A DNA stretch of 63,994 nucleotides, counting the filler, from Rhizaria sp. SCN 62-66 (lineage: Eukaryota): assembly GCA_001724265.1 (NCBI GenBank). It is 3 parts of 3 records of this genome, joined end to end, with 100 filler letters (N's around TTAATTAATTAA, not from the genome) between each part and the next. Parts side by side here need not be neighbours in the genome. Positions count along the whole stretch, not along the records: positions 24,554 to 49,023 come from MEDY01000419.1; 2 more parts are not named here. One strand, written 5' to 3'. Shown here one piece after another: positions 33,281 to 46,900 of this stretch (its first letter is position 1; each line of letters starts with the position of its first letter). The notes under the pieces were generated by a model that had not been told where the DNA came from, searched no databases, and was given only the letters and a program-made list of their open reading frames with translations. The position numbers and the translations under genes are program-made.

Positions 33281-34627
33281 TTAGGGGAGAGAATCAATGA
33301 GCGAGATGCGCATGTCATCGAGCAGCTCAGTGCTCTGCGTGTCCTTAAGGTTGAAGATGTTCTCAATCACCTCGAGCTCGGTCGCCGTGGTGTCGAAGCC
33401 GCAGAAGGCAACCCAGTCGTTAACGACCATGCCGGCGCCCACGACATCGGAGCCGCGGTTGACGGTGCCGGCTGTGACGGGGACCTGCAGCAGCACCGAG
33501 AGCTCCTCCTGCTCCTCGACCGAGGTGCGGGGGTGCACGAGCGCGCCCTGGTTGGTCAGCGCGAGGAAAGAGCCGACGAGCATGTACTTGGCGACAGACT
33601 GGCGGAAGACTTCCACGCCCAGCACGTCGGCGACGATGTCCTCGGTCTCCTGGTCCAGGTCGGGGTGCACCAGCGCGACGTGGTCGTTGCACACGATGCA
33701 GTTGCCCAGCGCCGAGAGCTTCTCCTCAACGCGGGCGACCTTGACAGAGTCGGGCAGCGCGTTGCGCAGCGACTGCAGCTCCTGTTGAGTGTTGAGAGGC
33801 GGGAATTAAGGTTAACGTAAATGAAGATGAAACAAGCGAATTTGTGAGCGTGGTGTTATAAAACAAGAGAGCATGTGTAGTCTGTGTTTAAATGCAACTG
33901 TCGATAGAACGGTGCGGTGAAAGAGTGAGATATGCCAGAGGTGTCGCTTGTTTAGAAGCTGCGGCAAAAGCATGGGAGTGAGACGAACCTGGTCAGTGGT
34001 GGTGGAAGGAACGAGGAGGCCGTTCTTGTTGCCGACGCAGAGACGACCGATGACGCGGGTGCCACCGATCGAGGTGTGGACGACGGGGATGAGGCCGCCG
34101 AGGTGCTCCTCGAAGGAAGAGTAGAAGTGCTCAGAGCCGCCGATAGCAACGAGGCAGTAGGCGTTGGTGAGCTTGGCGAAGACGCCGATGTTGTTGTTGT
34201 TCTCGAACTGGGTCTCTGTGGGGGCCGCAAAACACAGCGTGGGTGTAAATCAAATGTAGATGGGACGGGCATAGCGCGTGATTGGTGAAGATTTGATAGC
34301 AGGAAGGGGCGCGGCAGGTGCGGGGCGAGAGTGATGATGCGAAAGATGGTTTTGTGGTGAGACGACGAAAGGTGAGGCAGCGCGGCAATATATATCGCGG
34401 CGTGGACTAATGACAAGCGCGCAGGGATGTAAAAGCAGCGAATATATGTGGGCGCGTTGCAAATAAGGAGCGATAGGTGGCGAATGGTGTCAGACTGGGG
34501 GGGATGAAGCAAGCGGACCGCGTTGCGGTGGGGGTCTGCCGGATGCTCACGGCTTCATACCAGTACTGACACGCTTTCGCCATAACACAACAAATGGATA
34601 ATTGATAAAGAACGTACGGTGCGCCAT
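33281..34627 (-). CDS. EIF6: Eukaryotic translation initiation factor 6, 245 aa; exons 34627-34618, 34215-33989, 33781-33281
   Basis: [56 protein letters not shown]. The spliced length matches the family. Ends in TAA. Confidence 0.97.
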
Positions 34628-35127
34628 TTTTCCGAAAACTTCAGATACGTTGCAACTGCTCCGTGCACTCGACCCCAAACGACGCCCCAAAACATCATTC
34701 CAAGCGCCTCCCCCAAGCTGCTTCCAAGCCGCAACCACAGCTTGCCTCGCCGTTGCCCACGGTCACTCGCCACCCAGCCAGCCACTTGCGGTAAGCTTAC
34801 TAACCAACATCTAAGTTAGTATATATCGTTAGACCTCAAGTTCAATCTTTGATATAGTGATGTTATTAATAATTTATATCTTATATAATAGTTATTTTAA
34901 GTATATGAGGCTATATATCTAACTAAAAGCTTGGTTTATTGACCAACATCACCTATTATCAAACACACTTGATGTGATATAAAGTGCATAAAGAATTATA
35001 AATTAGGAAACAAGTTTAAAATATGCATATATAGCAATTACATGTGTGCTTATAACTAGAAACCTCTATATATCTCGTTAAATTGACAAAGTTGTCATCT
35101 GGTGTCACAAGCCCCCCTTTGTTGTCT

Positions 35128-38100
35128 TTAAATGAGCCCAAAGCCTTCAGCGTAGGTGATCGCCTTAAGCATCAGGCTGCGGAACTTCTCCTCCGTGGCG
35201 TACTCGGGGATACACACATGGTTGAAGCACGTGTGCGCCGTCGGCAGCCTGTCGCAGTCGGGCCCCCCGCGGGTGAACGTGAGGACCAAGTCGCCCAGGC
35301 CGGCAACGGGGGCGCGCGGGCTGCCAGTCGCGAAGGCCAGAAAGCGCTTCTTCTGCTCCAGGTCCAGCCCGTGCAGCAGGCGCCAGATCCACGCGACCAT
35401 CGGAGAATGCTTCGAATATCCGTCCGCATACCGCGCCGCACGCTCTAATTCTCCGAAGTCGAGCTCCTCACAGCCGCAGACGATGCGCTGCAGCTCCGCC
35501 GGCTCCAGTTGCGACAGGATCGGACTGTCGCAGCACTGCAGGAAGCCCGCGCGGAACGCCGAAAACGCCGTCTCGATCGCCGAGTTGAGCGTGTAGCTGA
35601 CCTTGGCGTCGACGAAATCGCCGCGAGACGCGTTGGTCACGGTGCGGGTTTCGCCGCCTTTGCAGAGCGGGACCTCGGTGGTGACGCCCCAGGCCGTCTG
35701 CGGCGTCGTGAACGTGGCGCAGTACGTGCCGGCCACGTCGCCGGGGAACTGTAGCAGGGACAGCAGCGCGCTGCAGTCAGCAGGAAAGGCGCCCATGTAG
35801 TCCTTCAGTGTGACGGGGCGACCGAGCAGCTTGGCGTACCTGCGGGGGATTTAAGAGCATAGATCGAGATTAAATCCAAGCAAAGTTAGAAATGTCATTA
35901 AAACTTAGTATACCAATAGATTAGTAGGAGTTAATGTTGGATTGTCAATGTTATGAAGAAAGTTTTGTGGTAACGTACAGGACAGTGGGGAAGGAGAGCG
36001 GCAAGATGATATTGTTGTGAATCGCAAGGCCAATCAGGATACCAATCAGCTCAAACGTAGACCGTGAGTCAAACGTGTTGGGGTTGATCCAGCACACACG
36101 CGCAGCAGTCCTGCCATTTGTCGCTGCTCCAGTCGAAGTCGCAGCTGCTGTCGCAGGCGCACGGCTATCGCTCGCACTCGCGCTACCACTGGAGCTGGAG
36201 CTGCCGTAGTCGTCAGAGGGCGTGACTTCGTTGCCGTCGTGGTCGTAGTAGACAAACATGCCGTACTTGGGATCCAGCAGCTCTCCAGTCACGAGCTGAA
36301 AGAACTCCTTGCTCACGCCTCCTTGGTCGATTCCCTGCTCGCCTTTGAACTCGACCTTGAGCGGCAGCTTTAGGTGGTACGACGAGCACTGCTGCAGCAC
36401 GTTGAGTGTGTCCTCAACCAGCGCGTCGCGCCGCACGCGCAGCATGAGCGCGCGCCGGCCCATCCCGCCCATGAAGGAGCCCGCGAACTGGGTGCGCTCG
36501 TTCATCGCCCGCATCAGCTTCGCCTTCCCCGCTGTGTCGAGCACGCGGAAGCGCGACCACCAGCCGTCGCCGCCGCGGCGCTGTGTGTCCAGGTCGTCGT
36601 GCGCGTCGAGCGCGTCACTCACGGACTCGGCCTGGAACCACTCCGCGCGCAGACGCGAGCGCCGCAAAGCCTACAGTTCGGAATATGACAAAGCAAAGAA
36701 GTAAAAGGTTGTGAGATCGAAAATACAAAATAAAAATATATAAATGACATTATACAATGCATTTTTAGCAAAGAAACGTACTTGACTGGGCGCGTGCGCA
36801 GGCACTGCGGCCGCAACGAGCCCCGCCGCGCCGGCCCTGTCCTTCGGGACAGGCTCGTTGCCGACGGCGGCGGCCAGCGACCACAGCATTCCGCGCCACG
36901 ACAGCCGCTGGTAGCCGGCCGCGGGCGTCGTCAGCGGCATCGCCACCCACTGCGCGGGCTCGATGACCGTGAGCAGCGCGTCGAGCCAGTCGGCAAAGGG
37001 CCAGCGGCGGCGCGCGTGCTCGCCGGTGACCGTGAGCACGGCCAGGTGCTGCTGCGCGGGTAGCGCCAAGGCGTTGAGCCGCGCAGGAGGCAGCGCGCGC
37101 AGCCAGTCGGCGAGCAGCGACGCGGCCGCGGCGGCCGTGGCGGCGGCGGGAGTCGCAGCGGGGGTGGTCAGAGCGGTGGGCGTGTGGCTGGCAAAGGACG
37201 AGTTGGTGAGCGGGAAGCCGTGGAGCGCGCCGGTGGTCGCGGCGGTGGTGAGGACGGGGTACGGGGCCGAGTGGCGGGCGTAGGAGACGCACGATTCGGA
37301 GCGCTCGGGGTCGGAATTGTTTAAGTACTTAAAGGCGGTGTTGAATTCGAAGGAGTTGAGACGCTCCTGCAAAGCGCGTTCTTCGTGCTCCTCCTGCTCC
37401 TCCTGCTGCTCCTGGTGCTGCTGACGCGTTTGCTCAGATGCCAAGTCGGTCTCTGTGTCGTCCGTCATCGGTTGACTCATGCTTATAACACTCGCACGAG
37501 CACTCGCGCTTGTACTGGCACTGGCGGCGCTCGAGTCGCTATTGTCGTCGCCCGCTGAAGTCGTCGATGTGGCGAGCAAAAGAATGGGCGGGGGCGCAAT
37601 CGCCTCGATCCCAACACTGTTGACATTGAGCGTCGCGCTTGCACTGCCGCTAGAGCTAGAGCTGAGGCTCCGGCTAGAGCCACTACCGCTGCGGCTACTG
37701 CTACTGCTAGAGTAGGTACCGGCGCCAGTGCCGTTCGCAGTCATCTCAGCAGCAACAATGTCCTGCTTAAGCGGCGGCTGCCACCGGTGCGCGGCCCGCA
37801 GATGCCCGCCAGAGAGCAGCGGCGAAACCCCCTTGATCTTGCCCAGCGTCAGCAGCAACGCGTAATGGAGCGTGGCGGCGACGTGCGAGAGCACGGGCGA
37901 GTCCAGCGCGGGGTACGCCAGTAGGATCAGCACGGCGCGGACGTGCAGCTGCGAGAGCGGGTCGAAGCACGCGGCGGGATGGGAGTCAGGCTTGGCGCTC
38001 ACGGCGGAGTCTAAGGGGTCCTTAGACAAGCGGGGGGGGCGACGCTTAGACTGGGCATCGGTCTCAGCACTAAGGGCTGTCTCTGCAGCGGGGGACTCAG

Positions 38101-41100
38101 TACCCTGAGCAGACTGAGCAGCGTCGCCCTTAGATTGAGCGGAGGCACCCTTAGACAGTTCAGAGGCACCCTTAGCCTTCGACCTCGATCTCGAGCGAGT
38201 CCGGGTGCTTACGCTCGCGTTCTCCTCGTCGTCGTTATCATCGTCGTCCTTCATTGCAGCAACAGCAGCAGCGCTGCTACTGGAGCTAGAAGAGCGTGCG
38301 TCGGCGTTGCTCTCGATCGTCTCGGTGTCAGGAACGTCCTCAGTGTCAGGAATGCTGCTGTTGTTGCCAGCGCTGGTGCTGGCCGGAGTCAGGCCGTTGA
38401 AGCGCAGCTTGGGGAGAATGAGCGCCAACTCAACCGCACGGCGCTCCTGGCCCCTCTCGCTCACGACCTCACTCGCACTCGGACTCGAGCTAGAGCTAGA
38501 GCCAGAGCCAGAGCTCGAGGTCGAGCCGTTGCTGCTGCTACTGCTGCTTGCACTGGGACTGCGGCCGGAAAGCATGCTCAACAAGTTCGCGAAGATATTC
38601 CCGCCGCCACTTGCAGGGCTAGGAGCGCTCGCACTCGAGCTCGCACTGATGGCCTTGAGCGGGGTGCTGGAGCGGATGCTCTTGCCCTTCTTCTTGGCCG
38701 TCGCGACAGAGTCGGACTGAAGCGCCTTCTCTTCCTCCGCCCACCGCGCCAACACCTGCTCACGGTCACGCGCCTCAAGATCGCTCGCCTCACGGTCACT
38801 CTTGGCCTGTTTCGCCTGCAGCTGGCGGCGGAGCTTATACAGCTCCCACTCTTCCTCGCTCTCGGCGAGCTCGCGTCGCACAGTCGCGCTCGCGTTGGCG
38901 ACAATCGACGACACAGTCGCGGTCGCCTTAGTTTCGTCGCGGATCTTGGTGCAGAGCGCGTTGAGCGCCTTCTCGAAGCTAAGCCGCGCGGGGGTGTTTC
39001 GAAGCAAAGCCGTGTAGAAGTTGTCGAGGAGAACCCAGTCGATGCCGGGCGAGTCTGAGGTCGAGGCCCAGTGCACGAGCCCGTGGCCGTGGGCCGCGAC
39101 CGCGGCAGAGTGACCGTGGGCGGCAGGACTGGAAGCAGAGCGGCTGCGGGTAGAATGCATGTGGCTGTGAGCGAAGTGACTGTGCGCGGCGGCCACCTGA
39201 CGGTGGGTGAGCATGCGGAGCCGCTCGGCCTCGATGACGGCGTCGAAGGCGCGCGCAGTGACCGTGAGCGAGCGCGGCGACGAGACCAACTCGACGCCGA
39301 CACACTTAGTCTCGCCCGCGGGACCCTTAGACGCGCCTGACGCAGCACCCACACCCTTAGATGATGGTAACAGGAGCTCGGAAACAACGGCACGCAGACG
39401 ATTGTAACGCAACTGCAGCTGTGATTCGTCGTCTTGAGCACTCGCGCTCGCACTCGCGCCATCGCTCGCGCCAGCGCCGTTGGCAGTGCTGTTTCGACTG
39501 CCAGCGATGAGCGAGCGAAAAGTGCGCATCGCCATTGCCGCAGTATGCGCTGAGTGGCGCGCGAGATGTCCCAGAAACAAGAGCGAGTCCTCCTTAGAGC
39601 GGATGGCCCACTGCTCCTCCACCGAGTAGGACTTGAGACTCGTCTTGAACGGAGGCAGACTTTGCGGCGCTTCGGTTAAAACTGACGACGACGACGACGA
39701 TGACAATGATGACGACAAGGATGAAGAAGGTGAGGAAACAGGTGCAGTAATGCGTTTTGCGAGCACATTCTCGACCTTCTGCGCTGCTTCGAGCGTCTTT
39801 TCAGTGACTGTGGGGCACGCCACCGATGTAAGTACCCTCAGCTCGGCTGGTGTAAGCACCGCGGACACGTCTAAGGGGGTTGGTTGCGCGGACTTGTCTG
39901 GCGAGCACAAATCTAAGGGGTGGCCTCGGAGCCGTAGCGTCGCGTGTGAGAAGTCCGAGAGTAAGGGCCGCGGCAATGTAAGGGGCAAGGGAGGAAATAG
40001 CGCAGAGAATGTAAGCACCTCGTGGGTCACCCAGTCAGACACAGATGCAGCCATACACGGGGAAGAGTTGCTGCTAAGGTCAGAGAAGTCATACTGCTCA
40101 TCAGGGCCAGTAGCACTTGCACTGGCACTGGCAGTGCAATCTTCGCGGGTGTTCGCGGAGTGGTCGTTGCTCGCGACAGTCGCAAGGGCAGCAAAAACAG
40201 TGTCAATCAAGCTATTGTTGCGACTACTGTCGCCTTTGTCGTTCGCAGCCGCAATCGCACTCGCAGAGATCTCGCTATTGTTCGTGTTATTACCGCTGTT
40301 GTTGTTGCTACGGGCGAGAGCAACAGCTTCGGTGTGAAGCTCTGAGAAAAAGGTCGAAAAAGCCGCAATCTCACTCTCTGTCGCCCTGTCGTAAGTCGAC
40401 ACCGGGCTTGTATTGTCGCCGGTGTCATCGCTGTTGTCGCTGATGTTGTTGTTATTGGCGATGTTGATGCCGTTGTCCGTGCTGCTCACGTTGTTCTCGC
40501 ACGACAGAAGAGCCTTGACCAGCGCGTAGCGGCGCCTCTGTCGCTCACGCGCCCTATAGAGGACAGTTTGCACGATCTTCTCAAACATTCCCAAGTCCGC
40601 GCGGCTCTCCAGCGCCCTTCTAGCGCGCGAGCGAACCGGAGAGGACGGCAGCGCGTATGCGCCGGCGTGCGCGGCCGTCGACACCGCGCGCGCGGCCGCG
40701 GCCGCGGCGACGGCGATGGTGGTGCGGGAGCAAAAGAGCAGGGACCATGAGCAAAGCGGGTCGCCGGGGGCCAAAAAGGGGTTTTCGTCAATCGCGGCAA
40801 CGCTCAAAGCGGTGAAAAGCGACTGGGTGTCGACCGCGCTCTCTTTCGAGCTCCTCTTAGTGGTGGAAAGACGAGAGTTGACACTCTCAGTATCGGTCGT
40901 GTTCGAGTCGGTCATCGCTTTATCGTTGTCGTCATCGTCGACGTCGTCGTCATCGTCGTTAGTGATGCTCGGGAGAGTGTTCGCGTTGGCGACTGCGTTG
41001 TGAAGAGAGACGTACGACTGCAGTGTGTGAATGCAGGCAGCGCGCAGCTCCGAAGTCAAGCCGCCCTCTGAGGCCTCGCACTGAGGACGAAGCAAGAGCC

Positions 41101-43141
41101 GCGCGCACGCGAGCGCAACGGTAGCAATTGCAGACTCAGCAGCCGTCGCGGGGGCCGACGCGCGCGCCAGCGTCGCGACCAAAGCGTGGCCGACAACGCC
41201 GTCGCTCGTAAAGCTGCGGGCGGACGTGTCAGCGCTCGCGTGGGCGGGGGCGCGGGCGTCAGCGTTGGCGTTGCTCGAGAGAGCGAAGTGCTGCTGCAAC
41301 ATCGCAGTCTCGATCTGCTGCTGGCGGAACCACGCGTTCTCCCCCAGCCCCGGCGCGAGGCCGTACTGGTACTTGAACGGGTCCATCGAATCTGACAGCA
41401 TCGCGGCGTAGCTCTGAGCGTCTGTCGGGAAACAGCCTGTGTTGACGCGAATGGGCACGTTATGTCCGCTGACAGAGCCAGTTTCCGCCGCAGGAGACGT
41501 TGCACTCGCGTCAGTCATGGGCTGGCTGTTCAAACTAGAACTAGAGCTAGAGCTTGAGCTGCTGCTCTGAGGCGCGAAGGTCAGCCGGTTGCTCTTCAAG
41601 TCAAGCCGTCCCTGCTTCAACTCAAGCCGCTCCCGGGCGTGCATTTCCCTCGCCTGCGCCGCCCCCTGCGCGGCGGCGATGTCCGGCAACACGGCGCCCG
41701 CGGCGCGCATGAGCACCGAGATGGGCCGCGTCTGCGTGAACGACGCGCCCAGAAGGGCCAGGTCGCCGAAAACGGCCGCGATCGAGCGCGGGCTGACGGC
41801 CAAAGGGGCGTACGGGTCGACCGACGCCGCAGCCGCCGCAGCCGCAGCAACAGCAGCAAACTGAGATTGGTCGGCATTGTCGTTGTTGTTCTCATTGTCA
41901 GCGTTGGCTTGCTGGCTCGTGAGCGCGCGACGAGCCTTGGCGACGGAGATGTACCGGAAGTTGCTGCCCCTATTGTTGCCGATCGAGCTCGCACTGGAGC
42001 CCAGCGTCGCGGCAAGCGCGCGCGCGTCGAGCTCGGCGCTGTTGGTGGCTCTACCGCTGCCCGCGGCGCCGCCAGCGCCCGCGCGGGGGCCAGATCCCGC
42101 GCGCGCGCCCCGGGCCGCGGCGGGGCGGGTGCTGAGCGCGGACAGCGCATCGGACATGGCCGCAAGATCGTTGCTGGGGCCGCTCGAGCTGGAGCTGCCG
42201 GAGGCGGAGGCTGGCGGGGCCAGGGCGTCGCTACTGCCAGTATTCGCAGCGGCGAGCGAGTCTGACCGAGACCGAGTCTGCGGTCGCGATCGAGACTGCG
42301 AGCGCGAGAGTGACGGTGACCGAGACTGAGACTGCGAACGAGAGTGCGACTGCGGCTGGCCTTGCGTGCGTGGCCGAGACCGCCGCATCTGTAAGCGCGC
42401 AGCAGCAGCATTCGCAGCCGCATTGACGGCACTGGCGGACAAGGCGGACGAGCTGGGATCGGGGAACTGTGATGTGAACTGCAGCGTCCGGCAGTAGCGC
42501 ACCGGGACGCGCCAGTGCAGCGCGGGCAGCATCGCGGCGGCGAGGGCGGCGGCGTGCTTCCGCGTCACGAAGCACGGGTCGTCAAACTGGTCGAGGGAGA
42601 GAGCCGTGGCGGCCGCGACCGGGTCTTCATCGTCGTCGTCGTGCTCTTCCTCTTCCTGCGCTTCCGTTTTGCCCTCACTCTTGCCCTCGACCTCGCCCTC
42701 GCTCTCGTTCTTGCTCTTGCTCTGACTGGCGTCACCAGGCGCACTCGCACTCGCGCTCAAACTCGCAGCAGGCGCGGCCATGGTCGCAGCAGGGGCAGTG
42801 GCAGTGGCAGCTGGGGCAGCAGCTGGGGCAGGCTCAGAAGCAGCAGCAGTCGGAGCAGCAGGAGCGATAGAGTCAGTGGCAGCAGCCGTGCTCTGTTGCG
42901 TCATCGCCGCTGCGGTTGCCGCAGCTGCTGCAAGGTCTGCGGGGCACGAAAGCGGCGTGTTGTTGCGCATCAGCAGCGCCGCCTCTTTAGCGGCGTCGGC
43001 CGTGGTCCGCGCTCCCGGGCCCTCGGGGTTCGAAGCGCAGTGCGCGCTGCGACATTGTGCGTCGCCGCAACCGGTGCGGAGACGCGCGAGGTGCTGCGTG
43101 AACAGCGCGCGGGCCGCGGACTGCGCAGCGGGGAGGGACAT
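35128..43141 (-). CDS. UBE3A/E6AP-type HECT E3 ligase with N-terminal AZUL Zn finger, ~2587 aa; exons 43141-36782, 36670-35979, 35839-35128
   Basis: N-terminal LRTGCGDAQCRSAHCASNP. HECT motifs VEFKGEQGIDQGGVSKEFF, FATGSPRAP, LPTAHTCFN (catalytic Cys), EGFGLI followed by TAA. Confidence 0.93.
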
Positions 43142-43900
43142 GGCTGGCGCGAGGGAGGTATCCCGGGGGTCTGTGCGCCGGGGGAGTCGTTGCTCGCGAG
43201 CTTGTGAAGGATGAACAAGTCTCGAAGGAAGCTAGAAAGACGGAGCTGTGGAGGGATATAAGAAGCAAGAGAGATAAATAATGCAATTGAGGTCAATATT
43301 TCCTGAATCAGTTGGGTATCAACATGCTTTGATGCGCTTTCAAGCAGAAAGTAGCTGTATAGCAAGGGAGATTTGTTGGTTGATCGAGAGGGCATACTGA
43401 GAGCCTCGAGTCTTGCACATCAACTGCTCCAGAGCAATACACCAGCACCATCTCATCGTGTAATAAGAAATATAAAAAGAACAATGTGTGTAAAGTGTTA
43501 ATCGCAAGTTGCAAATGTATTGTCAGTCGCAATGACGCACAAGAGAGTGTTGAAAATACAGCCACAATCTCTCTTTGATGGCGGGTTGGATCGGAGATGC
43601 AGCCAGGTTCGCAAAAAGTCGCTTACAAAGTGACAGAAGCGAAACCGCCAGCCCAAAAAAGCATCTCCCTTGACCGCTATACGTCGTCAATAACCGAAGC
43701 CATTTAGCTGCAGGAACTTCTACATTCTTTTTTTACTAATACTTTTAGTCACACTTTTCCAATCTCCTCCTTTCTCATCGAACCCGCCCCTACATTGCCG
43801 CCTCAGAACCACTACTTCGAGCTCTCCTACACCACTCCCTCAGCGCGCCTTGCAGTCTGCGATCAAACAGTACACGTACCGCGCGTTGCCCTAAGCTGCA

Positions 43901-46900
43901 ATGTCCTCCGGCGCCTCCGACTCCGGCGGTGCGGGCGGTAACTCTGAGGTCTCGAGCCTCCGCCGCAACCCGAAGTACACTGGCGGCCGCGTCAAGTCGA
44001 CCAAACCCCTGTCGCAGCCCAGCTCGCTGCAGAGCACGACGCGCGCCTTCGTCGAGGTGCAGTCAGTCCGCACCACGCCATACCTGCGCATGGTCGACCC
44101 CTCGATGCCGCTAATGCGCCACTTCATTGCCGCGGCGCAGAAGCCTGGCGGGCTGGACGCCGATCTGACGCAGACGCTGCTGCGCGGCGTCAAGCCCTCG
44201 CCGCCGCCTGGCGCGTCGCCCAACTCCAAGAACAAGGGCCAAACTGGCGACGCTTATAGCGCTGGCGCGAACCATGGTGATGGGGCTGTTGCGAAGCCCG
44301 AGAGTGCGCGCGCTGAGAACGCTGGCGCTGATGATGCTGATGCTGCTGGTGTCAACAAAGAGGCTGACGCTGATGCTGCTGCTGCTGCAAACAACGAAAG
44401 TGGCGATGGTAGCGACAAGGATAAGGGTGATGTTCCCCCTGAGCAGGCCCCGTTCGACCCGACACGCCCTCCCTCCTCCCCCGGCAACAACAACAACAAC
44501 AACGCCAACCCCAACAGCAGCAGTGCCCGCAAGGACGGCGACACCAACACCAACGCCGCTGGCGGCAAGAAGCAGCAGGCGCAGGTGCATCTGTCCGTGT
44601 CGCAGCGCATGCAGACCTCGCGCCGCGTGGCGACGCACTCCACAGCCGCGTCCGAGGCCGCCTTCCTGCGCTCGCAGCTCGCAGCTGAACCGCAGGTACG
44701 TGTGCTTTTTCACATGAAAGAGCACTTATATCCACATAATATTGTTCTATTTTCATATCACTCTTTAATGTTGTTAGAAACTGTAAATGCCATCTTATTG
44801 TACAATATCTCATTAATAATATATCATCTTCATATTGTGTTTTATTAAATTTCCACTTACTCCACCCCAGGCGGCCAAACTTCTCTCCCGCCCCGGCTGG
44901 CGCGAGGACACCTCTGTGCAGTGGCTGCGCGAGGTCGAGACTGCCGCCGCGTTCCGCAGCAAGGCCGCCGAACTGGAGCACGCCAAGGCGCACGCGCACG
45001 CGCCCGCGTACATGGGCATCACGCTAATACCGTCGGCTTCGGAGCATCCCCACGGCAAGACGACATCGCCTCGCAAGCAGCAGCAGCAGCAGCAGCAGAT
45101 TCAGCATCATCCCAGTAACGAGGCCAGGCCCGCGCTGATGCCGCCGCCGCAGCAGCAGCACTCGAACACGCAGTCGCAAGCCGCTGCCGCGCGCTATGGC
45201 GACCAACTCGCCGAGAGCTGCAGCGCTCGCGGCTCTGGCGCTGGCGCTGGCGCTGGCGCTGGCTCTGCGCCGGTGGTGTTGCCGCCGCTGTTCCGCACGA
45301 CGCTGCTCTACTCGCACAAGTCTGACGCCGCTGCGGCACAAAAGCCTCAGCAACAGCAGGGGCAGCAGCAGCAGGGCAGTCAGACGCAGCGGTTGAGTCA
45401 CACGCAGACACAGCCGCAGGCGCAGCAACAGCACTCGCGCACTCAGCAGCACCAGCACCAGCAGTCGCAGTCCGCACGGACGCACTCGAACAGCAACAGC
45501 AGCAGCAGCACCGCGCTTGTGCTTGCTGATGAAGCCAGTAGCAGCGGCAGCAACGGCACCACGCAGTGCCACAACAGGACTGCCCGCACTGACCGTGACC
45601 GTGAGCAGAGCTCTGGCGGCGCCAAGGGTGACCGTGAGCGCGACCGCGCGGGCGAGGAGGCCCGCGCTCGCGCCGCCGCTGTGTACGGCCAGTACGACGT
45701 CGACCCCACCCGCGTGTACGCGTTAGTTAAGCCGCATAAGCGCCACAACCAGAACAGCAACGGCGCCAACAACGGTAAGAGCGAGACTAGCAAAGGCAAC
45801 AACAACAAGACTGCGACAAGTTCTGCAGCTGCAGCTGGTGACGAAGCTGATGCTCCTGCTAGTGATGGCAACGCCGATGACAACAAGGATAAAGACGCAG
45901 ACGCAGTCCCGCGGCTTAACTTCGATAGCATTGACGGCAATAGCAGCAACAACAATAACTCTCGCAACACTGCAAAGACCGGCAATGCCAGCGCTGAGAG
46001 TGGGGACAACGAGGAGACCGAGGAGAGCGGCGTTGTCGCCTATGCGCACGCCTACGCCGCCGCGGTCGAGGCGCGCTGGGCTGGCCGCATCCTGCCACCC
46101 AACCACCCCAGCTCCCTGCTATGGCACCCTGGGCTGCCCGCCAAGGCGCCCTACGCGGAGCACGTGACCGTGGGCTTGCCCGGCGCGACTGCGCGGCGCA
46201 AGGACCGCGGTCTGGGCTACCCGGGCAGCGGCAGCGGCAGCGGCGCCGTGGTGGGCGTCGGTGCCGAGGACCAGGAAGGCGCGGGCAGCAAGGGCGCGGT
46301 GGTGCGCGCGGCCAAGGAGAAGCAGCGGCAGGACCGCAAGAAGCGGGAAGAGGAGAAGAAGAAGCGCAGCGAAAGCAAGGAAAAGGCTAAGAATGGCAAC
46401 GGGAAGACGCAGGCTAGCAAGGACAACAAGGACAGCAGCGGCAACAGCAAGGATGGCAAGGATAAGAACAAGACCATCGCGTCGCCCTCTGCCAAGGACA
46501 AGGACAACAAGGCCGAGTCTAAGCCTGAGTCCAAGCCGGCTGGCGACAGTAGCAAAAACAGCAACAGCGCTGACAATCTCGACGACGAGTACGCTGCTGA
46601 TACCTACGATGAACCTGCTGCTGCTGAGCCTGCTCCCGCCGCGTCTGCCTCTGCGTCCCCCAAGCCCACTGAGTCTAAGCCCTCTGAGCCTAAACCTGCT
46701 GAGGCTGAGCCCAAGACTGGAGCTGTTAAGCACGATGATAAGAGCAAGAGTAGCGGCAGCAAGAGCAACAACACTAGAGAGAGTGACAGAGCTGAGGCTG
46801 CTGCTGGTGCTCCGAAGTCGCCTGCCAAGTCTAAGGGTGACGGCGACAAGTCTAAGGGTGATTCTCAGAGAGACGCCGCTGCCGCTGCGGCTGCTCCCGC

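Noticed and set aside
36671-36673. TAG ending the 2156-aa ORF as a real stop or a sixth read-through site
   Set aside because: It is the 3' splice acceptor of intron 36781-36671.
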